Assembly (NCBI GenBank): GCA_023705905.1
Contig: BPTK01000001.1
Location: forward strand, 8,799-72,798
Length of the DNA: 64,000 bases
Direction of reading: 5' to 3'
From: Candidatus Heimdallarchaeota archaeon
GTDB lineage: Archaea > Asgardarchaeota > Heimdallarchaeia > Heimdallarchaeales > Heimdallarchaeaceae
The notes under the pieces were generated by a model. It ran no database searches. It was not told where the DNA came from and was given only the letters and a program-made list of their open reading frames with translations. Positions 19,843 through 29,973 of this stretch are shown here, piece by piece; positions within the stretch are counted from its first letter, which is position 1; every line of letters starts with the position of its first letter. Made by a program: the position numbers and the translations under genes.

Positions 19843-20691
19843 TTAATCGGTATTTTTAACTGAAATATTCTCAATGGTGTCTTCAGTTACTTCCACATCG
19901 GAAATTTCTTCTTTTTGTTGATTATCTTGTGCATCTGCGTCTACAATCTTAGGTAGAATCGCATTTGTTCTAATTAGGATAACGGAATAAATTATAGCTA
20001 CTAATATCAAAGAAGGACGGATTACGTATTCGGCTATGGAATTTTCAGGTATGAGGTAATAAACCATTAAAGCATAAAGGGCAGCAAGGACAGCAAAAAC
20101 AATCAATATTAAAGATGGCCACAGCATTCTCCTCAATAATACAATCCATTTTTGTAAAGATTCAATTTCTTCAGGAGAGGCATACTCAAAATCTGTTTTT
20201 ATTAAATTGTCTGTATATTGTTGCACTTGTTCTTTTGTATACTTGCTCTTTGTCTTTACAAATGCATATTCTTGTTCGAAGTATTCCATATAATAAAAAG
20301 TTGACAGAAAACGTAAGCCTATACATAATCCGGCTAAGGTTTGATATATTATAATATCAACTCTCCCTAAGGTAGCAGGGAAAAACATTGAGTTCAGGTC
20401 AGCTAGAAGAAGAGACAGTATCGTACCGAATACAAAGAAGAGACCATAAGCAACTTCAGAGGATAATTTTATTTGAGTTCCTTTGATAAGGTCTGTCATC
20501 AATATTACTATTCCAAGAACCAACCATATTGCGAAAATATAGATATTCAAACTAAAAGCTGATTGGATGACAATTAAACTAATAGCCAAAGCACCAAAAA
20601 GATGATGAGTGCTTGCGATGAAAGTAGAGCCTGGAGACGTCAGAGAAGTTTGTTTCCAATCTTCCTCAAACACTTTGTCTTTTATTCTCAT
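19843..20691 (-). CDS. polytopic membrane protein with an acidic C-terminal tail; last gene of MoxR cluster B
   Basis: 282 aa with 6-7 TM helices and a D/E/Q-rich tail (DADAQDNQQKEEISDVEVTEDTIEN). It overlaps the DUF58 gene by 4 nt. Confidence 0.4.
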   Translation of the reverse strand: MRIKDKVFEEDWKQTSLTSPGSTFIASTHHLFGALAISLIVIQSAFSLNIYIFAIWLVLGIVILMTDLIKGTQIKLSSEVAYGLFFVFGTILSLLLADLNSMFFPATLGRVDIIIYQTLAGLCIGLRFLSTFYYMEYFEQEYAFVKTKSKYTKEQVQQYTDNLIKTDFEYASPEEIESLQKWIVLLRRMLWPSLILIVFAVLAALYALMVYYLIPENSIAEYVIRPSLILVAIIYSVILIRTNAILPKIVDADAQDNQQKEEISDVEVTEDTIENISVKNTD

Positions 20692-22070
20692 GACGATCTC
20701 CCCACTGCTTCTTGTACCAATCTCTGAGTTGGTGAATATTTTTTCATCAATCGGTACAAAGATAAGATGATATTATCGTCATATCCGAATATATCTACAT
20801 AATCTCCACGAATTGAATATAAAATTTGACGCAATTCTATTTCCCGTGTTCTATACTCATCTCTCACAATACTTGGAAAAACATCTTGTAATATCTCCCC
20901 ATAATTCATGTCTTCTGTCCTATTCAACATCCAATCATGAGAAGATAGGATATTAAAATGCATAGTAGCAAAATTAACAAAAACCACTCTACTCCCCATG
21001 GTTTGAAGTAGATGTATACCTTGTAGTTTTTTTATCAAATCACCTTCTAAATCGGAAAATATTATTGCAATAGAATGGATCACATTATTGTTTTTGGCAA
21101 ACTTAACAGCATTAAGGAAACTACTATGAACACCAGTAGCTTCAACATCATACAGGTTGAGCATTAGTCTTAGTTCATGCTTTCCGACTTGTGGTATTAT
21201 GTATTTTTGCACATTTTTAGAATAAGCTATCACAGCTAAATCATGATTAGTACCTTTGATTAATGAACATAGTTCTACTACTGAAGATAGTGCATACTCG
21301 AACTTGGGTCCAAACATCGTACTGCTAAGATCAAGATAAATCAAGAAATGTAAATTTCTTTGGTCTTCAAATTCTCTTGTTATTAATTTATCATGTCTCG
21401 CTGTTGCATACCAGTCAATGTGCTTCAGCTGATCACCAGGTAAATAATCTCGGAGCGCAAAAAATTCATCGCCTCTTCCCTTAATTCTCTGAGCAAATTC
21501 ATGAACCATTTTCAATAATAGTTCTTTCTTTGTCTTCCATGGTATGTTAATTCGTGGCCTTTGAGGTAATATCTTGATTTTTTGTGTATCCTTCAGTATT
21601 CGCTTATGCCTGAAAAGATACTGAAAGGATCCAATGGAGATTTCAATTGGACCAATTTCACCATTCCCTCTTCTATTAGCAAGCAATAACCAAACAATTT
21701 TCGTTTTCTTTTGCGGATATAATTTGATTAATACCGTCTCTGATTTGTCTATACTCTTAAAATGAAATGAGAATCGGAGTCTGATTTTTGTAAGAATTGT
21801 TCTTCTAGATGGATTTGTTAATTCAACTGCTACAGCCAACAAACCCCTACTTCTCATATAATCTTTTGAGCAACTCATTTTTGTATTGAAAGAATAAGTA
21901 TGAGAGAATAAGAAAGAGATAAATGAGGATGTAATAACTATCCAGAATAAGACACCGGGAACTATAAGAAGTAAATTATCTATTGCTAAGCCTATAATTA
22001 CAAATAGACTCCCAAATAGAATGAACGCCTTACCATTCTTTGTAAGTTCAAAGTGTCTTTCTTCTTCCAT
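20688..22070 (-). CDS. DUF58 family protein (vWA-like), paralog of 7326..8780
   Basis: N-terminal TM helices. DUF58 signature GRGDEFFALRDYLPGDQLKHIDWYATARHDKLITREFEDQ and MIDAS-like IYLDLSSTMF. Confidence 0.75.
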   Translation of the reverse strand: MEEERHFELTKNGKAFILFGSLFVIIGLAIDNLLLIVPGVLFWIVITSSFISFLFSHTYSFNTKMSCSKDYMRSRGLLAVAVELTNPSRRTILTKIRLRFSFHFKSIDKSETVLIKLYPQKKTKIVWLLLANRRGNGEIGPIEISIGSFQYLFRHKRILKDTQKIKILPQRPRINIPWKTKKELLLKMVHEFAQRIKGRGDEFFALRDYLPGDQLKHIDWYATARHDKLITREFEDQRNLHFLIYLDLSSTMFGPKFEYALSSVVELCSLIKGTNHDLAVIAYSKNVQKYIIPQVGKHELRLMLNLYDVEATGVHSSFLNAVKFAKNNNVIHSIAIIFSDLEGDLIKKLQGIHLLQTMGSRVVFVNFATMHFNILSSHDWMLNRTEDMNYGEILQDVFPSIVRDEYRTREIELRQILYSIRGDYVDIFGYDDNIILSLYRLMKKYSPTQRLVQEAVGRSS

Positions 22071-22090
22071 CTTAAGTCTCTGCCTTTTGT

Positions 22091-23035
22091 TTATATTACA
22101 ACTTCTACATCAGAAAGGATATTTTCAATTATCTCAGGAATATGGATTTGTTCTATTTCTGCTTCTGGAGAGAGTATTAGTCTGTGATTCATAACAGGAA
22201 AGAATATCGATTTGATATCGTCAGGTTCTACAAAATCTCTTCCTCTAATTGCAGCTATAGACCGACTCAGAGTAAGTAAAGCTATTGACCCTCTTGGACT
22301 TGCTCCAAGCGCTAAGGAAGGAATCGAACGTGTTGCAATTACTAGTTTAGCAATATACTCAAGAATCTGATTGCTTACAGTAACGTTTTTCTCAATTTCT
22401 GTTATTAATTTGATAATGGTTTTCTGGTCAGTAACTTTCTCAACATCTGCAAACATCTTTTCTCTCTTCTTAACAAGCATATTAACTTCTCCATGAAGAG
22501 AGGGAGGATAAACAGGAATCTTAACTAAAAATCTATCAATCTGAGCTTCTGGAAGAGGATAGACTCCTGTAGACTCTATTGGGTTTTGGGTAGCGATAAC
22601 CATAAATGGCTCAGGAAGTTTGAACGTTTGATTACCCGAAGAAACTTGCTTCTCTTGCATAGCTTCTAACAAAGCAGATTGGGTTTTGGGTGGAGCCCTG
22701 TTTATTTCGTCTGTTAGTAGTATACTTGTGAAAACGGGTCCTTCAATGAATCTAAAAGAACTTGTTTCTCTTTCGTATATGTTACCCCCTGTGATATCTG
22801 CAGGCATTAAATCGCTTGTAAACTGGATTCTTTTGAAACCCATTTCGATAGCTTCTGCTAAAGTACTAGCCATCAATGTTTTTGCTATTCCGGGAACACC
22901 TTCTAGAAGAACGTGTCCTTCACTTAGAAGAGAAGCAAACATTAGCTCGATAACATTTTCATTACCCACTATTCGTTTTTTCATTTGTACCATTATTTTG
23001 TCAAAAATATCTTTTGCCTCTTGCACTTTTGTCAT
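22091..23035 (-). CDS. MoxR-like AAA+ ATPase, paralog of 8809..9822
   Basis: 314 aa with Walker A LLEGVPGIAKT, Walker B ILLTDEINRAPPKTQ and C-terminal GASPRGSIALLTLSRSIAAIRGRDFVEPDD. Confidence 0.85.
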   Translation of the reverse strand: MTKVQEAKDIFDKIMVQMKKRIVGNENVIELMFASLLSEGHVLLEGVPGIAKTLMASTLAEAIEMGFKRIQFTSDLMPADITGGNIYERETSSFRFIEGPVFTSILLTDEINRAPPKTQSALLEAMQEKQVSSGNQTFKLPEPFMVIATQNPIESTGVYPLPEAQIDRFLVKIPVYPPSLHGEVNMLVKKREKMFADVEKVTDQKTIIKLITEIEKNVTVSNQILEYIAKLVIATRSIPSLALGASPRGSIALLTLSRSIAAIRGRDFVEPDDIKSIFFPVMNHRLILSPEAEIEQIHIPEIIENILSDVEVVI

Positions 23036-24315
23036 TTAAATCGTCCTCTTTTTTGTATCTCTTCAAGCATTTTGAAGAGTGAAAGGAAAGTTTTTGAATC
23101 TAATTTTCTTGTGAACGCAATTTCAAATAATTCTTTTTCCTCATCTGTGAATTTCTCCAAATGAATATAACTTGCCTTCTTCGTAAGATAATAATGATAA
23201 GCTTTCTGAGGATAAAGCTCATACTGGAAATACAAGTTTGATAGAAACTGTTCCTCAATCGTTGGTTTTATTGGAGAACCAAAAGTATCGTAAAGTTCCC
23301 TCTCTCGCGACCAAATCCTATCCGATAAGTATTGCTTATAGGTTTCTTTAGATTTGAATCTCTCTCTAAATCTTGGTGTGACATAGTATAAAATTAAAAC
23401 AACCATAACTAGTAAGAAAATAAAAAGTTGGGTTTTTGATAATAGAACTATTGTCCCATAAGATTGGTTAATCATTCCCTCTGTTGTTGAAAAGGGCCAC
23501 CTTTTATGGCTTTCTTCAAAACATACAAGGCTTTCTTCTCCTGCAGAAAAATCCTCCATCAGCTTGAGTGCGAGATCAATGTTCCCAAAACCTTTGCTAT
23601 AAAGATCGTTAGTTAGAAAACTTGGGGAGGAAACAATAATAATTGTTCCAAGTCCTCTACTAAGAACTGTACCTACTTGTAAACTAGCTGTATTTTCAGA
23701 ATCAACATCCCAAACACCGTCTTGATCCTCATCTAAAAACGCGGTACTGTGAGTATTTATTCCAAGAAGCTCTGTCTGTATTGAACCCTCTGTAACATAA
23801 GACAGTGCTCTAGCTTCAATCATGCAAAGACTAGTGTTTGAACTTGTTGAATTTAACATTATGATTTCTGGTGTTTTATAATAATATGTTGTTTCCAATA
23901 TTGTAGAGGTTGTAAGAAAAACCCCGAAGTGTTTTGCTAGAAGATTGGTAGGTCCAGAACCTGCCAATATTACTAATAAACCACCCTGTAAAACAAAGCC
24001 GTCTATTGCTAACGTTTCTGAATCTTGATAGTTTTTTGAGCCTCCAGCAACGATAAGAGTTGATGATTCTGGAAGTTTAATAATAGAATCTGTTGACAGT
24101 ATTGTTCTTGTGGTATTATAACCGGATTCAATAAGTAAGCTGTTGAAATATGACATGCCACCAGGTTCCGTATTGCTGATAGAATATGGAGGTTGTGTGC
24201 TAGTGACATTAATACTAAGGGGGAGGATTATTATTAAAAATATAATCAGAGTTTGGATAAGCATTTGGAACAATGGTGAATATTTCTTTGAAAATAGGAC
24301 AGGAACACGTTTCAT
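23032..24315 (-). CDS. membrane-anchored extracytoplasmic protein, DUF4350-like; paralog of 9852..11651
   Basis: 427 aa with an N-terminal TM/signal, an ectodomain (STLIVAGGS ... GGLLVILAGSG), a C-terminal TM (LFIFLLVMVVLILYYV) and a cytoplasmic tail. It occupies the same position relative to MoxR as in cluster A. Confidence 0.35.
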   Translation of the reverse strand: MKRVPVLFSKKYSPLFQMLIQTLIIFLIIILPLSINVTSTQPPYSISNTEPGGMSYFNSLLIESGYNTTRTILSTDSIIKLPESSTLIVAGGSKNYQDSETLAIDGFVLQGGLLVILAGSGPTNLLAKHFGVFLTTSTILETTYYYKTPEIIMLNSTSSNTSLCMIEARALSYVTEGSIQTELLGINTHSTAFLDEDQDGVWDVDSENTASLQVGTVLSRGLGTIIIVSSPSFLTNDLYSKGFGNIDLALKLMEDFSAGEESLVCFEESHKRWPFSTTEGMINQSYGTIVLLSKTQLFIFLLVMVVLILYYVTPRFRERFKSKETYKQYLSDRIWSRERELYDTFGSPIKPTIEEQFLSNLYFQYELYPQKAYHYYLTKKASYIHLEKFTDEEKELFEIAFTRKLDSKTFLSLFKMLEEIQKRGRFK

Positions 24316-25109
24316 TGTTCATCTTCCTCGCTAATTCTATGAATAATTTCGATATTAACTTGAGCTGAACTCAAACTTTTAACTGCTTCAAGTTCTTTGA
24401 TGAAAAACAACAAATCTTTCCTTTTCATTTGTTGTTCTTTATATCTTGCAACATAGAAAGTTTGAATCATTGAATTCAAATGTGGAAGGATATTAGGTAA
24501 ATCTAGTGAGCTTGCAAATTCTTTGGGTGTAAGATAAGTTTCTCTGCTTATCCCTAGAATTTTCTTCATATTCTCATCAAGTTGATGATAACCAAAAATT
24601 ATTCCTTCTGTATATTTTTTTTCTCTCAAATATTCCCTAAGTACTTCTGAAAGTGTTTTTATTTGTGTTCTGAATTTTTCTCTTCTAGCCTGAAGTGTTC
24701 CTCCTTTAACCATGGAACTAGGCACGGGTCTACTTTCCTCAGTTCTTCTTCTAAAAAATAGAACTGCTATTAAAATTATTATAACTATTCCAACTGCAAT
24801 AGGAATAATTTGAGCAGGAATAAGTGCTTCACTTCCACCTTGGGGATTATTTGGCGGAATAGAAGGTGTATTAGTTGGATAGGGAGGAGTATAGGGATTC
24901 GTAGCATTGAATGGGTCTGTTGCCCCAGTTGGTGGAGAGGAAGTACTGGTAATCAAATCATTTTCATCACGACTATCGATACTAACATACGTTTCTTGAG
25001 TACTGTTTACTAGAATGAATGTTAGTATACAAGCAAAAATTAGAAACAATCTAATATTAATATATTTCTTGAAATTAATCTTCACTTGTATCACCTTTTT
25101 GAACTTCAT
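24312..25109 (-). CDS. single-pass membrane protein with a T/P-rich ectodomain linker and a cytoplasmic DUF4129-like domain
   Basis: 265 aa with a signal/TM, then TSTSSPPTGATDPFNATNPYTPPYPTNTPSIPPNNP, a TM segment (IIPIAVGIVIIILIAVLFF), then YLTPKEFASSL and FYVARYKEQQ motifs as in 12029..15709. Confidence 0.4.
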   Translation of the reverse strand: MKFKKVIQVKINFKKYINIRLFLIFACILTFILVNSTQETYVSIDSRDENDLITSTSSPPTGATDPFNATNPYTPPYPTNTPSIPPNNPQGGSEALIPAQIIPIAVGIVIIILIAVLFFRRRTEESRPVPSSMVKGGTLQARREKFRTQIKTLSEVLREYLREKKYTEGIIFGYHQLDENMKKILGISRETYLTPKEFASSLDLPNILPHLNSMIQTFYVARYKEQQMKRKDLLFFIKELEAVKSLSSAQVNIEIIHRISEEDEQ

Positions 25110-26085
25110 CTATTACTAGCTTACTTTGACGTAGGAAAGCGTAAATTTTGCACAATGGCCAATATCTGCTCAAACACACTTGATATTTGTGAGCCGCCGT
25201 AAGATATCCCAAATAAGCGCACCTACCATCCTCGTAATAAATACAGCTATCAGTTTTTTCTCTTCTAAGGATTAAATTAACTGTTCTATTCAAATAGACC
25301 ATGGATAAAGCACTAAATTGTCTTTCGCTTCTCTTTGGAGGTTCGTCCAAATCGAAGATTGTTTTTACAGATAACGGCATATTTGGTAGTATTAAATGGG
25401 AATAAGATACCTTTGAACCTTTCTTGGTTGTTGACATGCTAGACAGAAGTTTGCCTAAACTAATGCCCAGTGCCCCTCCAAGCCCACTTATTAGAGTAAG
25501 CGAAAATGCAAATATAAATAGGAACCCAAATGACAAACCTTGTATGAAAGAGCTATCGGCACTATCAGAGCTTAGTGAAGTAAATAGAATTATCTGGGAG
25601 AAGTAAAGAAGAATGAAGAAGAGAAGAGAAAAAACAACAGTTGGAATAATTAGATCTTGAGCTTCTTCTCTCCACATAATACCAGCAATTAGACCAGATA
25701 GGAGAAAGGGTATGAAAGCTGTAATTATGTAATTAGAGAGTAAAACAAAAGGATCTGTAAATGTGCCTTCAAATGCGAATTTGAATGGTAAAATTAAAAT
25801 GGACTGAGGAGTCCAAATCACGTTAGTTATAATGAATTGATCCTGGAGGAAATGGTAAAGGACACCAAAAATCATCGAAAAAGCATATCCAATTGCCATA
25901 TAAGTCGAGATTCTTAGAATAAGTATAGTAATGTACTCCCGTTTTCCTCTATTTTTCAAATGAGGAAAAATTAATTTAAACATTAATTCCCGGTAATTCA
26001 TCTTAAGTGGAGGAGTACCTCCTTCAACCTTTGGACCATCATCAACAGGAAGGGAAGGTCGTTGTGTAATTACCATATTATTCAC
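25075..26085 (-). CDS. polytopic membrane protein, function unknown
   Basis: 336 aa with multiple hydrophobic helices and a C-terminal Cys-rich stretch (CIYYEDGRCAYLGYLTAAHKYQVCLSRYWPLC). It is tightly packed, with a 1-nt gap to the upstream gene. Confidence 0.35.
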   Translation of the reverse strand: MNNMVITQRPSLPVDDGPKVEGGTPPLKMNYRELMFKLIFPHLKNRGKREYITILILRISTYMAIGYAFSMIFGVLYHFLQDQFIITNVIWTPQSILILPFKFAFEGTFTDPFVLLSNYIITAFIPFLLSGLIAGIMWREEAQDLIIPTVVFSLLFFILLYFSQIILFTSLSSDSADSSFIQGLSFGFLFIFAFSLTLISGLGGALGISLGKLLSSMSTTKKGSKVSYSHLILPNMPLSVKTIFDLDEPPKRSERQFSALSMVYLNRTVNLILRREKTDSCIYYEDGRCAYLGYLTAAHKYQVCLSRYWPLCKIYAFLRQSKLVIDEVQKGDTSED

Positions 26086-27771
26086 CTATAGAACTATCAA
26101 TCTTCCTCCTTTTGAAGTTTTTAATAGAAAGTAAACACTTGCAGAAGCTAATAGAAGTGTACATAATAAAACTATGATTCCATAACCTATCAGTGAGATA
26201 GTGATTATCAAAAGTACTGAAAAAATTATCATATACAAAGAGGTCACAATAATTGATATTGCTACAATTGAAAGAAGATTTATTGAACTTATAATAGATT
26301 TTACTCTGTTTCTTTTGTATCTATACGATACCACTGTTGCGAATATTGCAACTATAATGGAAAGTAAGAACAAAGCATAACCAAGGAAAGGCACAGTAAC
26401 TTCAATGGATGTAAATGTGAAAACAAAACTGATAAATATCCCAACAGCTAGAATTCGAGTAAAACCAACTGCAATTGATGCGTAAAAAGGTGGGGAAGAG
26501 GAACTCATTTTTTCGTATAATGCATCTACTTCTGTTCCACAGGACCAACAAACTCGTGCAAATTGTGGTAGTACTTGATTACAGTTTCGGCATTGGATTT
26601 TAGGGAAGGACCAACAATTCATGCAGAATTCCCCATTAAATACTGGTGTTCGACACTGTGAACATACCATCAAGTTAGTTTTCTCATCATAAAGAGGTTC
26701 TGTGTTTTTCATTTTCTCAAGATCTTCTTTTAAAGGAAATGTGTGAGAAGAAATATCTGGACATTCCTTCTCAATGTGTTGAGTAAAACATTTAGGACAA
26801 AAACTAGGAACAGAGAACATTATTACTAAAATAAAAAATCCAAATAAAGCATAGGATAAGTTTCCAAGAATTAGTGATATTGTTTCCATATTAGCGTTAA
26901 ATTCTGTGTTAAAATTCCATAAACTATGGAAAGAAATACTCAGAATTAGAAACAAGATGCCGATTATTATTCTCTTGAATTTTGAGATTTTATTGCGATA
27001 TAAGAATGCCAACCCCAAACCTGTAGCAGCTAACATGGTTGTTACGGTGTGCAAAGGATAGATGCTTCGAAGAGGGAGTAAGAAGCTAAGAGCACTTTCA
27101 GGTTCAGAGGAATATAAAAGAAATTGTTCAAACAAATCAAACCATGCACCAAAAAATCCTCCAAGCATAATAAAAATTCTGAATGAGGGCGTAAGTTTTG
27201 TGTGAATTGACCGTTTAGCGTTGAGATTTACTCTAGCATAGTTTCCAAGCAAGATGATAATGGGGAAAATCTTTGCTATTTCTTCAACTATAGGAATAAT
27301 AAACACTGAGAAAATGAAATGCAAAATTTGATATATCACAGGAAATGAGTCAGACGATGCGAAAAACCCAGAAGTAAAGGTCATCAATATGAAAAATTCC
27401 TTTTCTATAATCACAGCAAAATAGGGGGTTAAAACCCCCATCACTAAGAGAAGAGAAAAGAGTTTCTTGATTAGTTTGGTTTCAAGTTGAGTGCTTGTTA
27501 TGCCGAATAGCAAATAGATACATGTTACCCAAAGAATGAAAAATACTGTAATTGCGAGAATTACAATAATTGGAAGAAAGAGGGAATTTTCGTATCTAGT
27601 AACAAAGGTAACTAGGAAATAAGCGAGAACTGCTAAAATAGATAATAATACAACTTTAGCCAGTGTTGAGAGATTCAAGATGCGCTTGTGTATTGGTTCA
27701 ATGATTAACAATTCTTCAACTGAAGCATCTACTTTTTTTTTCTTAGCTGAAACATTAATCATTGTTCCCAA
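26086..27771 (-). CDS. polytopic membrane protein with an internal multi-CxxC zinc-ribbon insert
   Basis: 561 aa with at least 10 predicted TM helices. The central soluble loop is CPKCFTQHIEKECPD ... CSQCRTPVFNGEFCMNCWSFPKIQCRNCNQVLPQFARVCWSCGTEV, which is 5-6 CxxC pairs. Confidence 0.4.
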   Translation of the reverse strand: MGTMINVSAKKKKVDASVEELLIIEPIHKRILNLSTLAKVVLLSILAVLAYFLVTFVTRYENSLFLPIIVILAITVFFILWVTCIYLLFGITSTQLETKLIKKLFSLLLVMGVLTPYFAVIIEKEFFILMTFTSGFFASSDSFPVIYQILHFIFSVFIIPIVEEIAKIFPIIILLGNYARVNLNAKRSIHTKLTPSFRIFIMLGGFFGAWFDLFEQFLLYSSEPESALSFLLPLRSIYPLHTVTTMLAATGLGLAFLYRNKISKFKRIIIGILFLILSISFHSLWNFNTEFNANMETISLILGNLSYALFGFFILVIMFSVPSFCPKCFTQHIEKECPDISSHTFPLKEDLEKMKNTEPLYDEKTNLMVCSQCRTPVFNGEFCMNCWSFPKIQCRNCNQVLPQFARVCWSCGTEVDALYEKMSSSSPPFYASIAVGFTRILAVGIFISFVFTFTSIEVTVPFLGYALFLLSIIVAIFATVVSYRYKRNRVKSIISSINLLSIVAISIIVTSLYMIIFSVLLIITISLIGYGIIVLLCTLLLASASVYFLLKTSKGGRLIVL

Positions 27772-27929
27772 CTCATTTACTTCTACGATTTAGTAGTATG
27801 TTTAGAGATATATCATTTTCGTGTTTGAAATTGGTAATATTAAACACTTAAAACCTTTTACGAGAATTAATTGGTTACTGTGAAAATAAAATAAGTAGAA
27901 GAACTAGATCTTCTTCTAATGATTTGATT

Positions 27930-28199
27930 TTATTCTATTAATGCGGCTTCTGTTATGTCACCTATTCCTTTGAAAAGAAAGAATATGAATATAATAGCTG
28001 ACCCTACGAAAATACCCAACAGTGCTAACACAGGTATTGGTTGGTTGGAAAAATCAATTTCCCCTGTACTAATGTTCTGCTGGGGCCCAGCTAGGAAGAA
28101 TGATAGAAGCATTGCTCCCATAGATAATGTCAATGGAACAAAATAGAATAAAGTAATTTTTAGAGCTTGTAATATTTTTACCATTTTAACGTTCTCCAA
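27930..28199 (-). CDS. small membrane protein (89 aa)
   Basis: Two predicted TM helices, with flanking intergenic regions. Confidence 0.3.
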   Translation of the reverse strand: MENVKMVKILQALKITLFYFVPLTLSMGAMLLSFFLAGPQQNISTGEIDFSNQPIPVLALLGIFVGSAIIFIFFLFKGIGDITEAALIE

Positions 28200-28325
28200 G
28201 TAATCGTTAATCTTTTCTCTCTCTTGAATCTTTTAAACTTTTTTTTAATTCCCTTACCAAAACGAGTATCTGCTTATCATGAATTAATTAATGTTAAGAC
28301 CTTGAAGGATTATACAAAGAGGCTA

Positions 28326-29048
28326 TCAACTATGTTTCTCTGTAAGAATTCTCATTTTTTCTTTAACTTCCTCAATTCTTCCTTGAGATCCAGCTAATTG
28401 ATAATTTTGGAGGGCATCTGAATAATATTTCAAAGCTAGTTGAGGTTTTTCTTCTTCAACAAAGAGAGCATTATAATATGCTAAATGAGCTTTAATGACC
28501 GGTTCATCAGAGCCTCTTTCACCCATAGTTTCAACAGCTTTCTTAAGAAAAACTTTTCTTCCTGAGATGTTCTTCTCTGCTGCAGCACGAGAGATATATG
28601 ATTTTGCTTTGCAATCCAGTTCTTCAGCTTTGATATCTATTCGCTGGTAAGCAATTGCAGCTTGTTCAAAATGAGAAGCAGCTTCAACAAATCTCTTTTC
28701 CTTCATAAGTTGGCGGGCAATAACACGTAAGATTTTTGCTTGCTGAGTGAATATTCTTTGGGATTCCGTAATCATACCTAAGCGATGGTAAAAACCACCT
28801 GATCGGCCCAAGTAATTTGCTGCCTCTAGTGCTTTGTTAAATTTAATAGCATCCATACCCAGATACTCATAATATGAAGCTTTTGCCAAATCTATCTGCT
28901 TTCTATTTTCACTATGTTTAAAAATTTCTATGGCTTTCTCAGCATATTCAGAAGCTTCGCCATACTTCTTCTGTTGAGCAGCTAAACGAGCTTTTCCTAA
29001 ATGTTCATTGGCCTTTTCTGCAGTAGATTTTTTTATTCCTTTAAACAA
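28326..29048 (-). CDS. TPR-repeat protein
   Basis: 240 aa, all-helical, with repeated A/Y/L-rich 34-residue-like units (AKASYYEYLGMDAIKFNKALEAANYLGRSG ... ALKYYSDALQNYQLAG). Confidence 0.5.
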   Translation of the reverse strand: MFKGIKKSTAEKANEHLGKARLAAQQKKYGEASEYAEKAIEIFKHSENRKQIDLAKASYYEYLGMDAIKFNKALEAANYLGRSGGFYHRLGMITESQRIFTQQAKILRVIARQLMKEKRFVEAASHFEQAAIAYQRIDIKAEELDCKAKSYISRAAAEKNISGRKVFLKKAVETMGERGSDEPVIKAHLAYYNALFVEEEKPQLALKYYSDALQNYQLAGSQGRIEEVKEKMRILTEKHS

Positions 29049-29203
29049 TGAAATGCACTTCTCCAGTCTTAGCTAAGCAACTGAGATAAATTTAGTATAC
29101 TTAAGCTAGTTAGAAAGCAGAAGAATATAAACATTTGTTTAGTTTAAACCTAAGCTAGTTATACATTGACTTCAGAGCCTTAAATTATATTTTAAGTCTT
29201 CAA

Positions 29204-29962
29204 TTATTGAAATAATCTACGGCCATCTTCAAATTGAAGTTCCTCGATATCCGAAACAATTGATCGTTGTTTTAAACCTTTTATTACTACTACAGGTATC
29301 ATTTCTCCCGCCTGACCCATTACCAATTCAGCTGCTGAACACACTTCATCAGCTAGAGCCACAACCGTTGATTTAAGCTTGTAACCAAAAATATCTTCTC
29401 TTCCTTTTGCATCATCGATAACTGAAAAATTATAGGAACCAATTGCCACATTGATTGCACCGCGTCTTAAAGCTCTGCCATGGGTATCAGCTATTAACAA
29501 AGATAGATTCTTCTGAAAAAAATCAGATAGTTTCTTACCGATGAAAGATGCTGATTTGCTAGAATCAGTTGGAAGAGTCACAGCGCAATTAGGTTTGGAA
29601 TTTGATTGATCTACAGCAGAATTCGCACAGATCCATCCTTGTTTGGTTTGTGTTATAATGATATTATTTTCTACTTTTAGAAGCTTTGATGCTTCTGATA
29701 ATATAAGTTCAACAAGAGAAGGATCTTTTCCCGTTCTTCTTGCAATCAATTCAGAAATAGGTGAAGGGTTAAGGGATGATAGATGAAATTCCATGCCTTC
29801 AGCTCTAGAGATTATAGTATGAGCAATTACTATTATATCACCATCTGAGATGAGAACATCCGTTTTCCGAATGGAATCGATAATAAGGTCAGCTATATCA
29901 TCGCCTTCCTTAATTATTGGTAATTCCAATGGAATAATCTCAATATGATGCATATAATTCAC
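29204..29962 (-). CDS. cofE: coenzyme F420-0:L-glutamate ligase CofE
   Basis: 252 aa. DGDIIVIAHTIISRAEGMEFHL and the overall CofE-family layout. It is adjacent to an FrhB-family gene, and F420/FO genes sit elsewhere in the window. Confidence 0.55.
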   Translation of the reverse strand: MNYMHHIEIIPLELPIIKEGDDIADLIIDSIRKTDVLISDGDIIVIAHTIISRAEGMEFHLSSLNPSPISELIARRTGKDPSLVELILSEASKLLKVENNIIITQTKQGWICANSAVDQSNSKPNCAVTLPTDSSKSASFIGKKLSDFFQKNLSLLIADTHGRALRRGAINVAIGSYNFSVIDDAKGREDIFGYKLKSTVVALADEVCSAAELVMGQAGEMIPVVVIKGLKQRSIVSDIEELQFEDGRRLFQ

Positions 29963-29973
29963 CTTGAACGAAT

